Both the position numbers and the translations under genes were made by a program. 64,000 nucleotides of DNA from the NCBI GenBank assembly GCA_039630245.1, contig JBCNVK010000005.1, positions 47,648 to 111,647 on the forward strand, read 5' to 3'. Each line of letters opens with the position of its first letter. Within the stretch, counting starts at the first letter, position 1. Shown here piece by piece: positions 26,584 to 36,907 of this stretch. A model generated the notes under the pieces. It searched no databases. It was not told the origin of the DNA and saw only the letters and a program-made list of their open reading frames with translations. The stretch is from Bacteroidia bacterium. Lineage in GTDB: Bacteria; Bacteroidota; Bacteroidia; SpSt-205.

Positions 26584-27894
26584 ATGTACGACCTACTTAT
26601 TGTAGGGGCTGGACCTTCGGGCCTAGCTACTCTGCGCCGAGCTAAGGAAGCTCGCCTCACCGCTCTGGCATTTGAAAAGCGGCACGATGTAGGCGGCCTC
26701 TGGCTTTATGAAGAAGATCCAGAGGGCCACTCAAGCGCCTACAAAACCCTCACGATGATTACCTCCAAGGCCTGTTCGCACTTTGAGGATTTTCCCTTTC
26801 CGGCCGAGTGGCCCGACTACCTCCCTTATCACTTAGCGCAGACTTACCTGCGGCGGTATGCCGAGCACTTTGGGCTGCTTAGCGCTATCCACTTTGAGGA
26901 GGCCGTAGTTTCGGCTCGTCCGATGCCAGAGGGATGGGAAGTTACCACATCCCGAGGCGAAACCTACTATGGCCGCTACCTCGTGGCGGCTTCGGGCCAT
27001 CATTGGAAGCCACTTCTACCCGAGTATCCGGGCCACTTTACCGGTGAGGCATTCCATTCCCATGCCTACAAAAATCCCCTTCAACTGGCTGGGCGGCGCG
27101 TACTGGTAGTGGGCGCTGGAAACTCTGGAGCCGATATTGCCGTAGATGCCGTGCGCGTAGCTCGTTCGGTGGATATGTCTCTGCGACGCGGCTATTACAT
27201 CCTACCCAAATTCGCCTTCTTTGGGCTGCCTACCGATGAGCTGTACCGCCGTCTCTTAGCGCCTCTGCCGAAGCCCCTGCGACGCTTCTTCTCCTATCTA
27301 ACTCTACGCCTCATAGTAGGTCCGCTGCGCCGCTATGGTATGCCCGAGCCCGACCACCCGCTTTTCTACACGCATCCGCTTATGAATAGCGAGCTGCTCT
27401 ACCACCTACGCCATGGCAAGGTGCGCCTGCGTCCAGGGATTGTTCGCTTAGAGGGGAATAAGGTGTACTTCACGGACGGCTCAAGCGGAGAGTACGATAC
27501 GCTGGTCTGGGCCACGGGGTATGAGGTAGATTTTCCCTATCTCCCCGCCGACCTCGTGCCTAAAGGGGAGAAAGCCTATCGAGTTTATCTAAACATATTT
27601 CATTTGGATCAGCCGCGCCTCTTTTTCGTAGGGCTTATCCAGCCGAATGGGTGTATCTGGAACTTAGCCGAGAAGCAAGCCGCCCTCATCATGCGCTACA
27701 TCCACGGCAGCTATAAGCTCCCAGCGGACGCAGAAGCTCAAACCCAGCGCTACTGGGAGGCCCATAAACAGCGTTTTGCCAGCAGTGCCCGCCACATCTG
27801 GGAAGTAGAATGGTACGAATATGCGGGGATTTTGGATCGCCTGATTGCGCGCCATCCGCTGCCAGCGGCCGTTTCCTCTATGGCCCATGCCTAA
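26584..27894 (+). CDS. Flavin-containing monooxygenase (FAD/NADPH-dependent)
   Basis: N-terminal LLIVGAGPSGLA (FAD) and a second dinucleotide motif VVGAGNSGADIA. Confidence 0.7.
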   Translation: MYDLLIVGAGPSGLATLRRAKEARLTALAFEKRHDVGGLWLYEEDPEGHSSAYKTLTMITSKACSHFEDFPFPAEWPDYLPYHLAQTYLRRYAEHFGLLSAIHFEEAVVSARPMPEGWEVTTSRGETYYGRYLVAASGHHWKPLLPEYPGHFTGEAFHSHAYKNPLQLAGRRVLVVGAGNSGADIAVDAVRVARSVDMSLRRGYYILPKFAFFGLPTDELYRRLLAPLPKPLRRFFSYLTLRLIVGPLRRYGMPEPDHPLFYTHPLMNSELLYHLRHGKVRLRPGIVRLEGNKVYFTDGSSGEYDTLVWATGYEVDFPYLPADLVPKGEKAYRVYLNIFHLDQPRLFFVGLIQPNGCIWNLAEKQAALIMRYIHGSYKLPADAEAQTQRYWEAHKQRFASSARHIWEVEWYEYAGILDRLIARHPLPAAVSSMAHA

Positions 27895-28699
27895 GGTACT
27901 GCTTACTGGGGCGGCTGGGGGCATCGGGGTAGCTACGGCCCGTCGCCTCTGGGAAAAGGGCTTCCAGCTCGTACTTACCGACCTGAGCCTAAGTGCCCTT
28001 GAGCGGGCCTTTCCTGAGGTGCCCTCGGGTTCAAGTCTGGAACCCCTGGATGTACAAAGTCTTGAAAATTGGGGGGAAATAGCTGAACGCCACTCTGATA
28101 CCGAAATCCTTATTCAGCTGGCGGGGGTGATGCGAGTGGGAAAGTTCCTAGAGCAGCCCATAGAGCTTTGGCATCTTCAGCAAGGGGTTAATCTCACAGG
28201 TCTGGTGTATGGGGCGTGGGTATTTGGGCGGCGGTTTGCGGAGCGGGGGCATGGACACCTCATCCATGTGGCTTCGCTGGCCGGGATAGCTCCGGTGCCC
28301 GGAATTGCCGCCTACACCGCTACTAAATTTGGCGTGCGGGGGTTTAGCTTAGCGCTGGATTTGGAACTGCGGCCGCAGGGCGTGCCTGTAACGGTTATCT
28401 GCCCAGGTCCTGTAGCTACGCCGCTTATCTGGAATGAACTCCCCAAACCAGAAAGCGTTTATACCCTTGCGGCGGGAGGGCTTCTGGAGCCGGAAGCAGT
28501 GGCCCGAGCAATTGAGCGAGCTATTTGGGATCGTCCGCCCGAGATTGCTTTACCTGCCCATAAAGCCCGGGCGGCTCGGCTGGTAGGGGCTTTTCCCCGC
28601 CTACTTCCCTGGGCTGTGCGGTTCTTTACGAAAGGTGCGGCCCAGCGCCGCGCTAAATATCTCCAGACCTATCCTACGCCGTCCCAGTCCACGACCTAA
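27887..28699 (+). CDS. SDR-family oxidoreductase
   Basis: TGAAGGIGVATARRL Rossmann motif and a YxxxK-type region. It overlaps the FMO stop by 8 nt. Confidence 0.65.
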   Translation: MPKVLLTGAAGGIGVATARRLWEKGFQLVLTDLSLSALERAFPEVPSGSSLEPLDVQSLENWGEIAERHSDTEILIQLAGVMRVGKFLEQPIELWHLQQGVNLTGLVYGAWVFGRRFAERGHGHLIHVASLAGIAPVPGIAAYTATKFGVRGFSLALDLELRPQGVPVTVICPGPVATPLIWNELPKPESVYTLAAGGLLEPEAVARAIERAIWDRPPEIALPAHKARAARLVGAFPRLLPWAVRFFTKGAAQRRAKYLQTYPTPSQSTT

Positions 28700-30053
28700 G
28701 GCGCTTCATCCATTCTGCGGCTAAAGCCTCTGCTTCCTCCACGGTAGGGGCCTCTACAATAAGTCGCAGAAGCGGCTCCGTACCCGAGGGGCGAATGTGA
28801 ATCCATCTATCTCTCCAGCTTACTTTGCATCCATCCTCCCAGTTCAGCTCGGCATCCGCTGCGTAGGCCTGCACATTTTTCCAGAAGTCCTGGGGTAAGG
28901 CCGTGTGAAGGGGTAGGCGCGCTTTTATCATGTGAAACTTAGGATAGCGCGCCCGAAGCGCCTGCATATCCCCGCCGAAGCGGCACAGGTGCGATAGGAA
29001 GAGGGCTACGCCTACGAGCGCATCGCGCCCATAATGCAAAGCCGGCCAGATAATCCCGCCATTACCTTCCCCGCCTATGACGGCGCCTACGGCACGCATT
29101 TTTTGCACTACGTGGTACTCGCCTACAGGACTTTCGTAGAAAGGGGCATTATGCCGCTCAGCTACCCAGCGTACAGCAGCTGTGGTGGAAAGGTTTGCCA
29201 CTACGGGCCCGCGCTGATGGCCTAGCACGTAGTCGGCCACGGCTACCAAGGTGTATTCTTCTCCAAATGGAGTTCCGTCGGGCATCAGGAAAGCCACGCG
29301 ATCGCCATCGGGATCTGTGGCTATACCTAAATGAGCCCCCTGCTGACGCACTTCCTGGGCCAGCTGCGTGAGGTTCTCGGGAAGTGGCTCGGGCGGATGG
29401 GCAAAGCGCCCATCCGGCGTGCCATTGAGCACGGTAATTTTGGCCACACCTAAGGCTTCTAAAAGGAGAGGTAGGGCGATAGCGCCGCTGCTATTGATGC
29501 CATCTACCACCACATGCAGGCCGGCCTGCGCAATGGAGCGGCGGTCTACCCAAGGGTGCTGAAGCAGCCGCTCTATGTGATAGGCTAAGAGGGAAGGGGC
29601 TTCCTCAGCTGGGGGTGGCGCATCCGTGGCGAGAAATTGGAGTTTGGCGCGCAAAGCGGTAATCTCTTGAAGCGCTTCGGGGGAGAGGAATTCGCCCCTT
29701 TCGTCCAGAAACTTTAGGGCATTCCAGCCGGCGGGGTTGTGGGAGGCCGTAATCATAAGCCCCCCACTAGCCTCTAAGAAAGGCACGCCCATAGCCAAGG
29801 TAGGGGTAGTTACAAGGCCGGCCTCCCATACCTTGTGGCCGAGTGCCCTCAGGGTATGAACGGCTATCGGCTGAAGCACTGAACCGCTGGGGCGACTATC
29901 TCGGCCTATTAGGACAGCCGTTGGTCCATACTTTTCCCGCAGCCACTGGCCCCAAGCGCCTACCCACTGGACTACTTCTAAGGGGGTAAGGTTTTCGCCT
30001 GCGGCACCTTCTACGGTGCCTCTTAGGCCAGAGGCCGATAGGATAAGCGGCAT
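28674..30053 (-). CDS. glmM: Phosphohexomutase (phosphoglucosamine mutase-like)
   Basis: The phosphoserine loop ITASHNPAGWNALKF and a four-domain PGM/PMM architecture. 459 aa. Confidence 0.55.
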   Translation of the reverse strand: MPLILSASGLRGTVEGAAGENLTPLEVVQWVGAWGQWLREKYGPTAVLIGRDSRPSGSVLQPIAVHTLRALGHKVWEAGLVTTPTLAMGVPFLEASGGLMITASHNPAGWNALKFLDERGEFLSPEALQEITALRAKLQFLATDAPPPAEEAPSLLAYHIERLLQHPWVDRRSIAQAGLHVVVDGINSSGAIALPLLLEALGVAKITVLNGTPDGRFAHPPEPLPENLTQLAQEVRQQGAHLGIATDPDGDRVAFLMPDGTPFGEEYTLVAVADYVLGHQRGPVVANLSTTAAVRWVAERHNAPFYESPVGEYHVVQKMRAVGAVIGGEGNGGIIWPALHYGRDALVGVALFLSHLCRFGGDMQALRARYPKFHMIKARLPLHTALPQDFWKNVQAYAADAELNWEDGCKVSWRDRWIHIRPSGTEPLLRLIVEAPTVEEAEALAAEWMKRLRSWTGTA

Positions 30054-30071
30054 GGGGCGAAGTTAGCGGCC

Positions 30072-31850
30072 TTAGAAGTGCACGAGCCGCTGGGTTCTAT
30101 TGCCTACTCGGTCGCTCGCCTCAATCCAAAACCGCCGTCCCTCCTTAGCCGGAAGGTATAGGATGGCCTGCGGCTCGTAGTATTCGGGAAAAAGGTTTCG
30201 CCTTTCGCTGCGCACTCGGATAGTGTGCGCGGCTACACCACTGCCTAAATCCTGAATAGCGACGAGATAAAAGGGTCCTGCTCGCTTCAAGGGGCGGATG
30301 GTGGGTGGGACGGTATCCTCATACATCACATAAGCCCCAGCCGTGGTAAAGGGAATATGCCAGACGTCGCCATAGCGGCGGGCCTCGGTGATAGGACTCC
30401 AAGCCCCGCCATTCCACGGGCGTAGGAGCGGATAGGCTTTGGGCGAGCCAGCTACCCGCCAGTGCAGCGAAGCCGAAAACCGAAGCGGCACATAAGGATC
30501 CCCCAAAAGCCACCCCGCCCCGTAAGGCGTCTGGAGGGGTACAGCCCGAAAGTATAGGGTATCGCCTATATTTTCCCCAAAGAAATAAAGCCGGCAGTCG
30601 GGGCTCAAAATCAGCGTATCTCTACAGCCCGGGCGTAAGCAGGCCCGTAGGTGGGTTGGCCAACCCTTACCATTTTCCTCATAAAGGGTATCGGGAAGCT
30701 GTCCGCTTAGGGGTAGGGGCGCTTCTGGGCGTACCACGGCGCCCCAAGGTAGGCGCAGAGGCCGATTCGCTAAAAGCAAGCCATCCTCTATGCTCCAAAG
30801 GCTTTTGGGATCAAGAGGCCGGCGCGGCGCTATAGGCTCCTTGGGCTTATCGCCTTTTAGAGTCAGGCGCACCTGAGCCGTATTTCCCTCAAAGTCCTGT
30901 GCCTCTATGGTTACCGTAACTAAACTTTCGGGCGGTATGAGGAGGATGCCCTTCCCTCGAGTCCAAGGCACGGTGGCTTGAGGGGGAAGCTCGTACAGCC
31001 GAGCAAGCCCGACACGATATACCTGCTGGAAAGGATAATCCTTATACCAGCGGAGGAAGCGCTGCCAGTCAAAATCCAAGGTCTCCCAGCGGGCTTGAAA
31101 GAGGATGGTCCCGCTAGCGTCTTTTAGGGTCAGGCGGGCAAGGCCCAGCCAGGCGCTACTGGGGGCTTGCCTATCGGCTGCGGTGCATTCCAAGCCTACA
31201 GCTCCGCCTACATGGAGGGTATCCCGGCATACATACAAGCGAGAGGAGGGCTGACACTGAAGCTGGAAGAAGGAAAGGAGCCGAAGGCCGCCCCAGCCCT
31301 CTATGTGGCTACTGGGCGTAAGGGCTCGCACGGCTATACGGATAAAAACAGGCGGGATAGTATCCTTGAGAGGTGGCAAGTACAGAAGCGGGCAAAGGGG
31401 TTTCTGATCTTTTGTGCGCACTTCAAAGTGCAGGTGCGGGCCAAAAGAATAGCCCGAATTCCCGGCCCAGCCCAGCGTTTCGCCCGGGGCTACAGGCCAT
31501 TCCTCTGGGGTGAGATACTTCTCTACTTCAAATCGCTGGGCTTGGGCTTGTAGGGCCTCTACTAAGGCCTCGCCGCGCGGGGCGAAGTGGGAGAGGTGGC
31601 CATACACTGTAGTATAGCCCTCCGGATGCGATACATACAGAACTTTTCCAAATCCCCTGTGGCTTACTCGGATTCGGGACACGTAGCCTTTGCCTGCGGC
31701 TAAAACAGGCACGGTGCCGATCTTTTCGCCCACGCTAAGGTCTATACCGGTGTGGAATAGCTCGCCGCGCACTTCCCCATAACTGCCTGTAAGCGTGATG
31801 GGCCCGTGTAGGGGCCATAGAAACTGAAGGGCAACCCACGCCCCAATCAC
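30072..31850 (-). CDS. M23-family (LytM) peptidase domain protein with a large C-terminal extension
   Basis: HTGIDLS...HLHFEV are M23 zinc-ligand motifs. Confidence 0.6.
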   Translation of the reverse strand: MIGAWVALQFLWPLHGPITLTGSYGEVRGELFHTGIDLSVGEKIGTVPVLAAGKGYVSRIRVSHRGFGKVLYVSHPEGYTTVYGHLSHFAPRGEALVEALQAQAQRFEVEKYLTPEEWPVAPGETLGWAGNSGYSFGPHLHFEVRTKDQKPLCPLLYLPPLKDTIPPVFIRIAVRALTPSSHIEGWGGLRLLSFFQLQCQPSSRLYVCRDTLHVGGAVGLECTAADRQAPSSAWLGLARLTLKDASGTILFQARWETLDFDWQRFLRWYKDYPFQQVYRVGLARLYELPPQATVPWTRGKGILLIPPESLVTVTIEAQDFEGNTAQVRLTLKGDKPKEPIAPRRPLDPKSLWSIEDGLLLANRPLRLPWGAVVRPEAPLPLSGQLPDTLYEENGKGWPTHLRACLRPGCRDTLILSPDCRLYFFGENIGDTLYFRAVPLQTPYGAGWLLGDPYVPLRFSASLHWRVAGSPKAYPLLRPWNGGAWSPITEARRYGDVWHIPFTTAGAYVMYEDTVPPTIRPLKRAGPFYLVAIQDLGSGVAAHTIRVRSERRNLFPEYYEPQAILYLPAKEGRRFWIEASDRVGNRTQRLVHF

Positions 31851-32560
31851 CGCAGGCGAAACCGAATGAAAACCGTGAGGCGCTGGATTTGATTAGTGGT
31901 TATAGGGGTAAATCGCCACTGAAGGATGGCCTCTTCGCCCGCGCGCTTGAGCTCAGGAGGCGCCTGAAGGTCTAAGGCGCGCGCCATAGCCACGCGGCCA
32001 TCTGGCTGTATAAATAGCTCAAACTTAATGCGAGCTTCTCGCTGAACTTGGTATTTGGGAAGCACAAAATGGATAAGCTGGCGGTTTTCGCTGCCAGCAT
32101 CCCCTTCGCCAAACTCTATTAGGCCTCCGCCCATTTCAGTGGCGCTTTTTTGGAGGTTGCCGCCTGGACGGAAAACCTCCACCTCTTCCGTTGTGTCCTC
32201 CTCTTCTTCTGTTTCCTGAGGCGCTTCTTCCGCGGTCTGCGGTTCGGGAGGGGTAGGTTTAGGCGAAGGCCGGTTAACCTCAGGCGGCTCTTGGACGGGG
32301 GAGGGCTCGGGAGAAGTAATCACAGGCTCCCGAGCGGCGGGCACAGGCGCGGGCGCCCGCGCTACCTTCGGACCTAAATTAGCCCCAAAATCTATCCGTC
32401 CTACCACGATATAGGGATTCTCATCAGGCGGCGGAATCGTGCTGCGTACTACCACCCAAAAGTAGGCCAAGAGAATGAGGAGAATAAGCAGGAAAATAGT
32501 GATCGTAAGGCTCGTACGGCGGGCTTCTAATTCGTCCTGTAGGTAAGAAGAAGCCTTCAT
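31847..32560 (-). CDS. tonB: Energy transducer TonB
   Basis: N-terminal TM, a Pro-rich PKPTPPEPQ linker and a C-terminal TonB fold. It is the third gene of the exbB-exbD-tonB operon. Confidence 0.7.
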   Translation of the reverse strand: MKASSYLQDELEARRTSLTITIFLLILLILLAYFWVVVRSTIPPPDENPYIVVGRIDFGANLGPKVARAPAPVPAAREPVITSPEPSPVQEPPEVNRPSPKPTPPEPQTAEEAPQETEEEEDTTEEVEVFRPGGNLQKSATEMGGGLIEFGEGDAGSENRQLIHFVLPKYQVQREARIKFELFIQPDGRVAMARALDLQAPPELKRAGEEAILQWRFTPITTNQIQRLTVFIRFRLR

Positions 32561-32955
32561 GGCCGGCGCGTGGCTAAAACAACACTGCCCCGATATTCCG
32601 CAATCAGAGAGATTGCATAGGCCACCTCATCCATCGTTACGCTACGATCCACCCGGAGGGTTATCGTGCGCGCGGCGGGATCACGAGCATTACGCAGCGC
32701 GGCTTGGATATACCCCTCTAAGCGTTCCTTAGGGATGCGTTGATTATCCCAGTACCACTCGCGCTGGGCCGTAATCGTAATGCTATGTTGCCCAGGCGAA
32801 GGTTGCAGCGAGCGCCCTTGGGGTAGATTTACCTGTACGCCCGCCTGATTGACAAAGCTGGCCGTAAGCATAAAGTAGATGAGCAAGAGGAATACCATGT
32901 CGGCTATGCTGGCTAGGGCAAATTCGGATTGCGGCTGAAGCCGTCGGCGGAACAT
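32557..32955 (-). CDS. exbD: Biopolymer transport protein ExbD/TolR
   Basis: Single TM LASIADMVFLLLIYFMLTASF, 132 aa, lying between exbB and tonB. Confidence 0.8.
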   Translation of the reverse strand: MFRRRLQPQSEFALASIADMVFLLLIYFMLTASFVNQAGVQVNLPQGRSLQPSPGQHSITITAQREWYWDNQRIPKERLEGYIQAALRNARDPAARTITLRVDRSVTMDEVAYAISLIAEYRGSVVLATRRP

Positions 32956-32958
32956 AGG

Positions 32959-33642
32959 CTAACGAACAGGTTCTTGCAGGACATCTAAAAAAGCAGTGCT
33001 AGCCACCTCCATCTTGAGAATAAAGCTTTGAATGCGGTTGACGAGGAAGTTATAGGCGAATTGCATTGGAATCGCTACGATGAGCCCTGCAGCAGTGGTA
33101 ATCATAGCTTCATAAATCCCGTCCGCTAAGGCAGCTGGATTTACATTTCCCTGAAGCTGGGCAATCTTCATGAAGGCCTGGATGAGGCCCGTTACGGTGC
33201 CTAAAAAGCCCACCATAGGCGAGAGGGCAGCGATCGTGGCTAAGTAAGGGATATTTTTTTCCAATTGAAGGATTTCTAGGTTGCCTTGGTTTTGGACGGC
33301 GGCGGCGATGTCGGGGAGGGGCGAACCTAACCGGCTAATCCCTTTCCCCACCATACGAGCGAAGGGCGTAGGGTTAGCTGCGCAAAGCGCCTCTGCGCGT
33401 TGGATATCGCCTCTACGGATAGCGTTTTTGACCTGCTCCATAAAGGCCGCAGGGTCCTTGTCGTACTTCGCAATTAGGAGAAAACGCTCAAGGAAAATGT
33501 AAACGCCGACGGCGAAAAGAATGATTAGCACGGCCATGCTCCAGCCGCCCATTAGAATAAAATCCAGCAGGGTAAGCTCTACGGGCTGGGGGGTAGTGGG
33601 AGAAGGGGTTTCGGGAAGTGTCTGCAACCAGACCATACCCAA
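32959..33642 (-). CDS. exbB: MotA/TolQ/ExbB proton-channel protein
   Basis: Three TM helices. The conserved C-terminal core resembles TolQ/ExbB. Confidence 0.8.
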   Translation of the reverse strand: MGMVWLQTLPETPSPTTPQPVELTLLDFILMGGWSMAVLIILFAVGVYIFLERFLLIAKYDKDPAAFMEQVKNAIRRGDIQRAEALCAANPTPFARMVGKGISRLGSPLPDIAAAVQNQGNLEILQLEKNIPYLATIAALSPMVGFLGTVTGLIQAFMKIAQLQGNVNPAALADGIYEAMITTAAGLIVAIPMQFAYNFLVNRIQSFILKMEVASTAFLDVLQEPVR

Positions 33643-33652
33643 AGGTACGCGC

Positions 33653-34408
33653 TCATTCCTGCCCTGAGGCCACGTAGGCGCGCAGGGCTTGGTAAAGGGC
33701 CTGGGCTATCCGCTGCTGCCCATTCTCAGAGGCCAAATACTGCTCCTCCTGAGGGTGGGTAATGAAACCAATTTCACAGAGTACCGCTGGCATGCTCGTG
33801 CGCCAGAGTACGAGAAAGCCCGCCTGCTTGACGCCGCGACTGGGCCGCTGCGTAACCTCTACCAGCGCATCCTCAATTCGGCGGGCAAGCCGCAAGCTCT
33901 GCCTTAGGTAAGCATGCTGAACAAGGGAAAAGATAATATAGGCCTCCTCAGAGTTGGGATCAAAGCCCTCATAAGTGCGCTGGTATCCCTCTTCTAAAAG
34001 TATGGCGGAATTCTCCCGCATTACTACAGAGAGGTTTTCGGCTGTTTTGTGCTCGCCTAAGGCATAGGTTTCGGAGCCGTGAGCCTCCTTTTTAGGGTTG
34101 GCGTTGCAGTGGATGCTAAGGAAAAGGTCAGCATGCAGCTTATTAGCAGTATCGGCGCGACGGGAAAGCTCTACAAAAACGTCCGAGTCGCGCGTGAGGA
34201 CTACGCGGAAGTGGGAGTCGCGACGCAGAAGTTCGGCTAGCTTAAGGGCCACCCCGAGGGTGATGTGCTTCTCTTTGGTGTGGCGGCCGCTGGCCCCGGG
34301 GTCTTTACCGCCATGACCGGGGTCTATAACGACCAGTACAGGCCGAAGCGGCCGCAGCGAAGTAGCGCATAGGGCAAGTAGCAGCCAAACCCATCTACCT
34401 TTGCCCAT
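33653..34408 (-). CDS. N-acetylmuramoyl-L-alanine amidase (Amidase_3)
   Basis: VVIDPGHGGKDPGA, plus SIHCNA and Glu residues. It has a signal peptide. The start is set at the internal ATG. Confidence 0.8.
   Translation of the reverse strand: MGKGRWVWLLLALCATSLRPLRPVLVVIDPGHGGKDPGASGRHTKEKHITLGVALKLAELLRRDSHFRVVLTRDSDVFVELSRRADTANKLHADLFLSIHCNANPKKEAHGSETYALGEHKTAENLSVVMRENSAILLEEGYQRTYEGFDPNSEEAYIIFSLVQHAYLRQSLRLARRIEDALVEVTQRPSRGVKQAGFLVLWRTSMPAVLCEIGFITHPQEEQYLASENGQQRIAQALYQALRAYVASGQE
34396..34403 (+). promoter_or_regulatory. -7 box TACCTTTG, 11 nt upstream of the lptD ATG
   Basis: Matches TAnnTTTG. It lies inside the divergent overlap with the amidase 5' end. Confidence 0.3.
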
Positions 34409-34414
34409 ACGCTC

Positions 34415-36886
34415 ATGCAAATATGCAAAACTAGTGTCTTTATGCTGGCGGTGGTGTGGGCACAGTTAGGCGTGCCGCCCCCGCGCGATACCCTTCCCTC
34501 AGGCCTGAAAAAAAAACTGGTAGAGGCTGCGCCCCTGCGCGATACGCTGGAATATGCCGCCGCCGACTCTATAGTTTTTGATCTGCATAGGCGAGAGGCG
34601 CGTCTCTATCGGCAGGCACGATTGGGTAAGCGTGGCTTTCGCTTAGAGAGCGGTCTAATTCTCCTCTCACATACCAGCGGCTGGCTCTATGCCCGTCCCT
34701 ACGCAGCGGGAGATAGCCTACGTGAATATCCCGTGCTCTACAATTTAGGCGACCGCTATGAGGCGGATAGCCTGCGGTATCATCTTCAACAGCGGCGCGG
34801 GCAGCTTTTCGGGCTGCGTCAGCAGCTTACGGAGGAGGTCCTAGCCGGGCGTACCGTCCAGCTCAATCCTGATACGACTTTCTACGCGGCTAATGCCTAC
34901 TATACTACCTGTACGGCACGCCCACCGCACTTCTATATCGCTGCAGGACGCATTAAGGTGTATAAGGAGCGCATTATTAGCGGGCCCCTCTATGCGGTAG
35001 TAGCGGATGTACCCCTGCCTATCTTTGCGCCTTTTGGCTACTTTCCTTTACTCAGCCGGCGCTCTTCTGGGCTGATTCTTCCTATCATTGGCGAAGCGGC
35101 CGATAGAGGATTTTTTCTGCGGGGTTTGGGGTATTACTGGGCTATTAGTCCGTATGCTGATGCGCGCTTAGAATTAGACCTCTTTACGCGTGGGGGCTTT
35201 CGTTCGGAGCTTCTCTGGACCTACCGCCGCCGCTACTGGTACGATGGGCTCTTTTCAGTTCAGTACGCCTACCTAAGCTTCAATGAACCCGGCGATCCGG
35301 ATTACCAGGTCCAACGGCTGACCTTTGTGCGCTGGCAGCACCGCCAGACCCTTTCCCCTACGGCTTCCCTTAGCGCCAATGTCCAAGCGGGCTCCTCGGC
35401 CTTCCTCGCCCGCCAGAGCTATAGCGCTACGGAATTCCTTTCCACTAACCTCCAATCCAGCATCGCCCTGCAAAAAAACTTTCCCAATAGTCCTTGGCAG
35501 CTTACGGTAGCGGCGGGGCATACCCAGAATCTTATCCAGCGGCTCTGGAACATTCAGGTGCCTGTATTGGCCCTATACCAAAATCGCACTTTTCCCTTTC
35601 AGCGGCGCCAAAGCGTAGGACGGCGGCGCTGGTATGAGCTCATCGGCGTAACCTATCGGCTGGATGCTCAGGGGGCTGTGCAATTGCCCGAAAGCCTCCT
35701 TAGCCTGGCGGTCTTACAGGATACCTTCCGCTGGGGGGCGCGCCATAGCATACAAATAGCCGCCGGCTATACCCTCTTCCGCTACTTCCAGTTAGCTCCA
35801 GCCCTTACCTATAACGAGTACCTCTATAGCGAGTGGCGCCGCTATACCCTAGACCCAGCGAGGGATAGCGTAGTAGCCCAACGCGTAGTACGGCCGCGGA
35901 CGGCGCGCGATTTTTCGGGTAGCGTTACCCTTTCTACCCGGCTCTACGGTATCCTGCGGATAGGAAGCCCGCGCCAAATAGCTGTGCGCCATACCCTTAT
36001 TCCTTCAGTAGGTTTTCAGTGGCGCCCTGACTTTGGGGCGGCTTGGTGGGGGTACTACCAGTACCTTTCTATGCAGGGGCAGCCTCAGCGGTTTGACCCC
36101 TTTGTAGGTAGCTTTTACGGCAGTCCTCCTTCAGGGGCCCAGGCTGCCCTCTCCCTTTCCCTAAATAACCTTCTGGAGGCCCGCTACAAAGACCCCCAGG
36201 ACCCCAAAGGCCGAAAGTACAAGTACCTTACACTGCTGGATAACTTTGGCGCCTCCGCCAGCTATAACCTTGCCGCCGATAGCTTTGCGCTTTCGCCTAT
36301 TGCCCTCTTTGCTCGCACTAATCTTTTGGGCAATCTGCTCAATCTCAACTATACGGCTACTCTGGACCCCTATTTTTACGATACCTTAGGTCGGCGGCGG
36401 CCGATCTACCACTGGCGCAGGCATCGTGGCATTGGTACAATCGCCCAAATGAACTGGGCCATAGCGATGGCGCTACGCCCTTCCACTACCCTCTCCTCTA
36501 CTGACATAAAGGAAGAAACTTTCGTATTCTTCAACCTTCCTTGGCGGCTGGATATCAGCTATAACCTCGTAGGCGTGCGCCAATATCATCCTGACTCCGT
36601 GCGATACAAATGGATACAAACGCTGGGCTTTTCAGGCGAGTTTAATCTCACGCGCTTTTGGCGGATCCAGGTAAGTTCAGGCTTTGATTTTACCCAAAAG
36701 CGCTTAGCCTTTACGGCTATCAATATTTACCGAGACTTGCACTGCTGGGAAATGAGCCTAAATTGGATTCCTTTTGGACCACGTCAGAGCTATTTTTTCA
36801 CCCTGTCGGCGCGCGCACCTAAGCTGCAGGATCTGCGTCTTACCAAACGGCGGGATTGGCAGGACCGATTTGTACGCGGATTGTGA
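34415..36886 (+). CDS. lptD: LPS-assembly outer-membrane protein LptD
   Basis: YYTTCTARPPHFYIAAGRIKV...PLPIFAPFGYFPL is an LptD signature block. At 823 aa it is consistent with a beta-barrel OMP. Confidence 0.55.
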   Translation: MQICKTSVFMLAVVWAQLGVPPPRDTLPSGLKKKLVEAAPLRDTLEYAAADSIVFDLHRREARLYRQARLGKRGFRLESGLILLSHTSGWLYARPYAAGDSLREYPVLYNLGDRYEADSLRYHLQQRRGQLFGLRQQLTEEVLAGRTVQLNPDTTFYAANAYYTTCTARPPHFYIAAGRIKVYKERIISGPLYAVVADVPLPIFAPFGYFPLLSRRSSGLILPIIGEAADRGFFLRGLGYYWAISPYADARLELDLFTRGGFRSELLWTYRRRYWYDGLFSVQYAYLSFNEPGDPDYQVQRLTFVRWQHRQTLSPTASLSANVQAGSSAFLARQSYSATEFLSTNLQSSIALQKNFPNSPWQLTVAAGHTQNLIQRLWNIQVPVLALYQNRTFPFQRRQSVGRRRWYELIGVTYRLDAQGAVQLPESLLSLAVLQDTFRWGARHSIQIAAGYTLFRYFQLAPALTYNEYLYSEWRRYTLDPARDSVVAQRVVRPRTARDFSGSVTLSTRLYGILRIGSPRQIAVRHTLIPSVGFQWRPDFGAAWWGYYQYLSMQGQPQRFDPFVGSFYGSPPSGAQAALSLSLNNLLEARYKDPQDPKGRKYKYLTLLDNFGASASYNLAADSFALSPIALFARTNLLGNLLNLNYTATLDPYFYDTLGRRRPIYHWRRHRGIGTIAQMNWAIAMALRPSTTLSSTDIKEETFVFFNLPWRLDISYNLVGVRQYHPDSVRYKWIQTLGFSGEFNLTRFWRIQVSSGFDFTQKRLAFTAINIYRDLHCWEMSLNWIPFGPRQSYFFTLSARAPKLQDLRLTKRRDWQDRFVRGL

Positions 36887-36907
36887 GAGAATAATTTTCT
36901 TCGCAGT